DNA of 64,000 nt. Origin: Pseudomonadota bacterium. Lineage in GTDB: Bacteria; Pseudomonadota; Gammaproteobacteria; Xanthomonadales; Xanthomonadaceae. The notes below the pieces were generated by a model that had not been told where the DNA came from, did not search any database, and worked only from the letters and a program-made list of their open reading frames with translations. The stretch spans positions 816 through 64,815 of the forward strand of contig JAFECB010000006.1 of NCBI GenBank assembly GCA_018242365.1, written 5' to 3'. Within the stretch, counting starts at the first letter, position 1. Every line of letters starts with the position of its first letter. The translations under genes and the position numbers were made by a program. Below are positions 63,372-64,000 of this stretch, one piece after another.

Positions 63372-64000
63372 ATGCCATCCGCGCATCTGCCCCGCTTGAA
63401 CGACTGGACCGTGCTGTCGCTGCGACCGCGCGGCCAGCACGCTGGCTTGCGCGCGGCCGCGACGCATGCGGGTGCGCGCACCCTGGCGCTATCGGTACTG
63501 GCGATTCGTCGTCGGGATGACGCTGCGACGCGTGCCGAACTGGCCGAGGCGCTGGGCACACACATCCTCGTGTGCACCAGCGCCAATGCCGTTCGCGCGG
63601 CAAACGCGCTGACCCCGCTGCGCATGCGGCGCGGGCAAGCGTGGCTTGCGGTCGGTGACGGCACGCGGTTTGCCTTGTCACGATTCGGCATCACGGCGGA
63701 GACCCCCGCACGCATGGACAGCGAAGGCCTGCTGGCGATGCCGGCCTTGCTGGATTTGCGTGGGCGCAGCGTCGGCCTGATCACCGGCAGCGGCGGTCGT
63801 GGCGTGCTGGAGGAGGCGTTGCGTGCGCGCAATCCCGAGGCACTGCGGCGTGTCGATGTGTATGCGCGGGAAACCGTGCCACTGGGATCGGCTCGGGTGC
63901 AGGCGCTGGGTACCGTGCTCGAACGACCGCAACGTGTCCTGCTGGCACTCTCCAGCGGCGAAGCCTTGCAGGCCTTGCTGGCGCAGGTCGACGACCCGCG
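63372..64000 (+). CDS. hemD: Uroporphyrinogen-III synthase-like protein (HemD family), 3' end outside the window
   Basis: This gene is not in the ORF track because the frame stays open to the window edge. My own translation from ATG 63372 is MPSAHLPRLNDWTVLSLRPRGQHAGLRAAATHAGARTLALS...VCTSANAVRAA...ARMDSEGLLAMPAL...GLITGSGGRGVLEEAL, matching HemD motifs (TSxNAV, DSEGLL). Confidence 0.6.
   Translation, partial: MPSAHLPRLNDWTVLSLRPRGQHAGLRAAATHAGARTLALSVLAIRRRDDAATRAELAEALGTHILVCTSANAVRAANALTPLRMRRGQAWLAVGDGTRFALSRFGITAETPARMDSEGLLAMPALLDLRGRSVGLITGSGGRGVLEEALRARNPEALRRVDVYARETVPLGSARVQALGTVLERPQRVLLALSSGEALQALLAQVDDP

Overview
High-GC, densely coding chromosomal segment with about 65 protein genes, one ncRNA and no tRNA or rRNA seen by eye. 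It looks gammaproteobacterial and Xanthomonadales-like, judged from an Ax21-family OMP, ole olefin genes, zapA-ssrS-ygfA synteny, a pcm-like gene next to tolC, and GTAG-headed REP repeats. No database search was possible, so every product call rests on motif or sequence recognition plus gene order. The supplied ORF track translates GTG/TTG starts as M and often extends N-termini, so many starts were re-picked at internal ATGs that I checked in the sequence.

Gene content from left to right:
- 1-11692: hemW (partial), DUF1631 + PilZ, pepQ, pepP, ygfB-like, a PAS-GGDEF-EAL protein, zapB-like, zapA, 6S RNA, 5-formyl-THF cyclo-ligase, an EVE-domain protein, rpiA.
- 11690-12546: a REP-associated tyrosine transposase (RAYT) bracketed by its own repeats.
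- 12604-24601: RND pump + MFP + TetR, pcm-like, tolC, waaA, lpxL, an O-antigen-ligase-like protein, GT4, a zf-CHCC protein.
- 24658-31516: a secreted cyanophycinase-like/isoaspartyl-peptidase fusion, divergent from an ECF sigma / FecR / STN-TonB-dependent transducer set.
- 31593-40940: PlsC-family acyltransferase, arfB, truC, a CDF exporter, oleD-oleC-oleB, three unrelated genes, then oleA.
- 41132-48279: a small lower-GC3 hypothetical gene, a DUF4156-like lipoprotein, an M16 peptidase, an SDR, and LAB_N + GT2 + ALDH.
- 48387-55565: a tightly coupled seven-gene operon (LbH protein, RDD, SpoIIM-like, DUF4129, DUF4350, MoxR, DUF58).
- 55593-64000: aroE, hemB, trmL, a lipoprotein, Ax21, gpsA, secB, a rhodanese, a lipoprotein, a hotdog thioesterase, hemD (partial).

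Most of the window is ordinary core genome. I found no defense island, prophage or CRISPR array.

Best candidates for under-described biology:
1. The membrane-rich MoxR/DUF58 operon.
2. The signal-peptide-bearing S51 cyanophycinase-like + Ntn isoaspartyl peptidase fusion next to a surface-signalling TonB transducer set that shows no Fur box by eye.
3. Two unrelated REP-type repeat systems: one RAYT with private flanking repeats, and one GTAG-type REP/REPIN family at 3-4 loci.
4. A composite 9-mer microsatellite flanked by inverted decamer arrays upstream of arfB.
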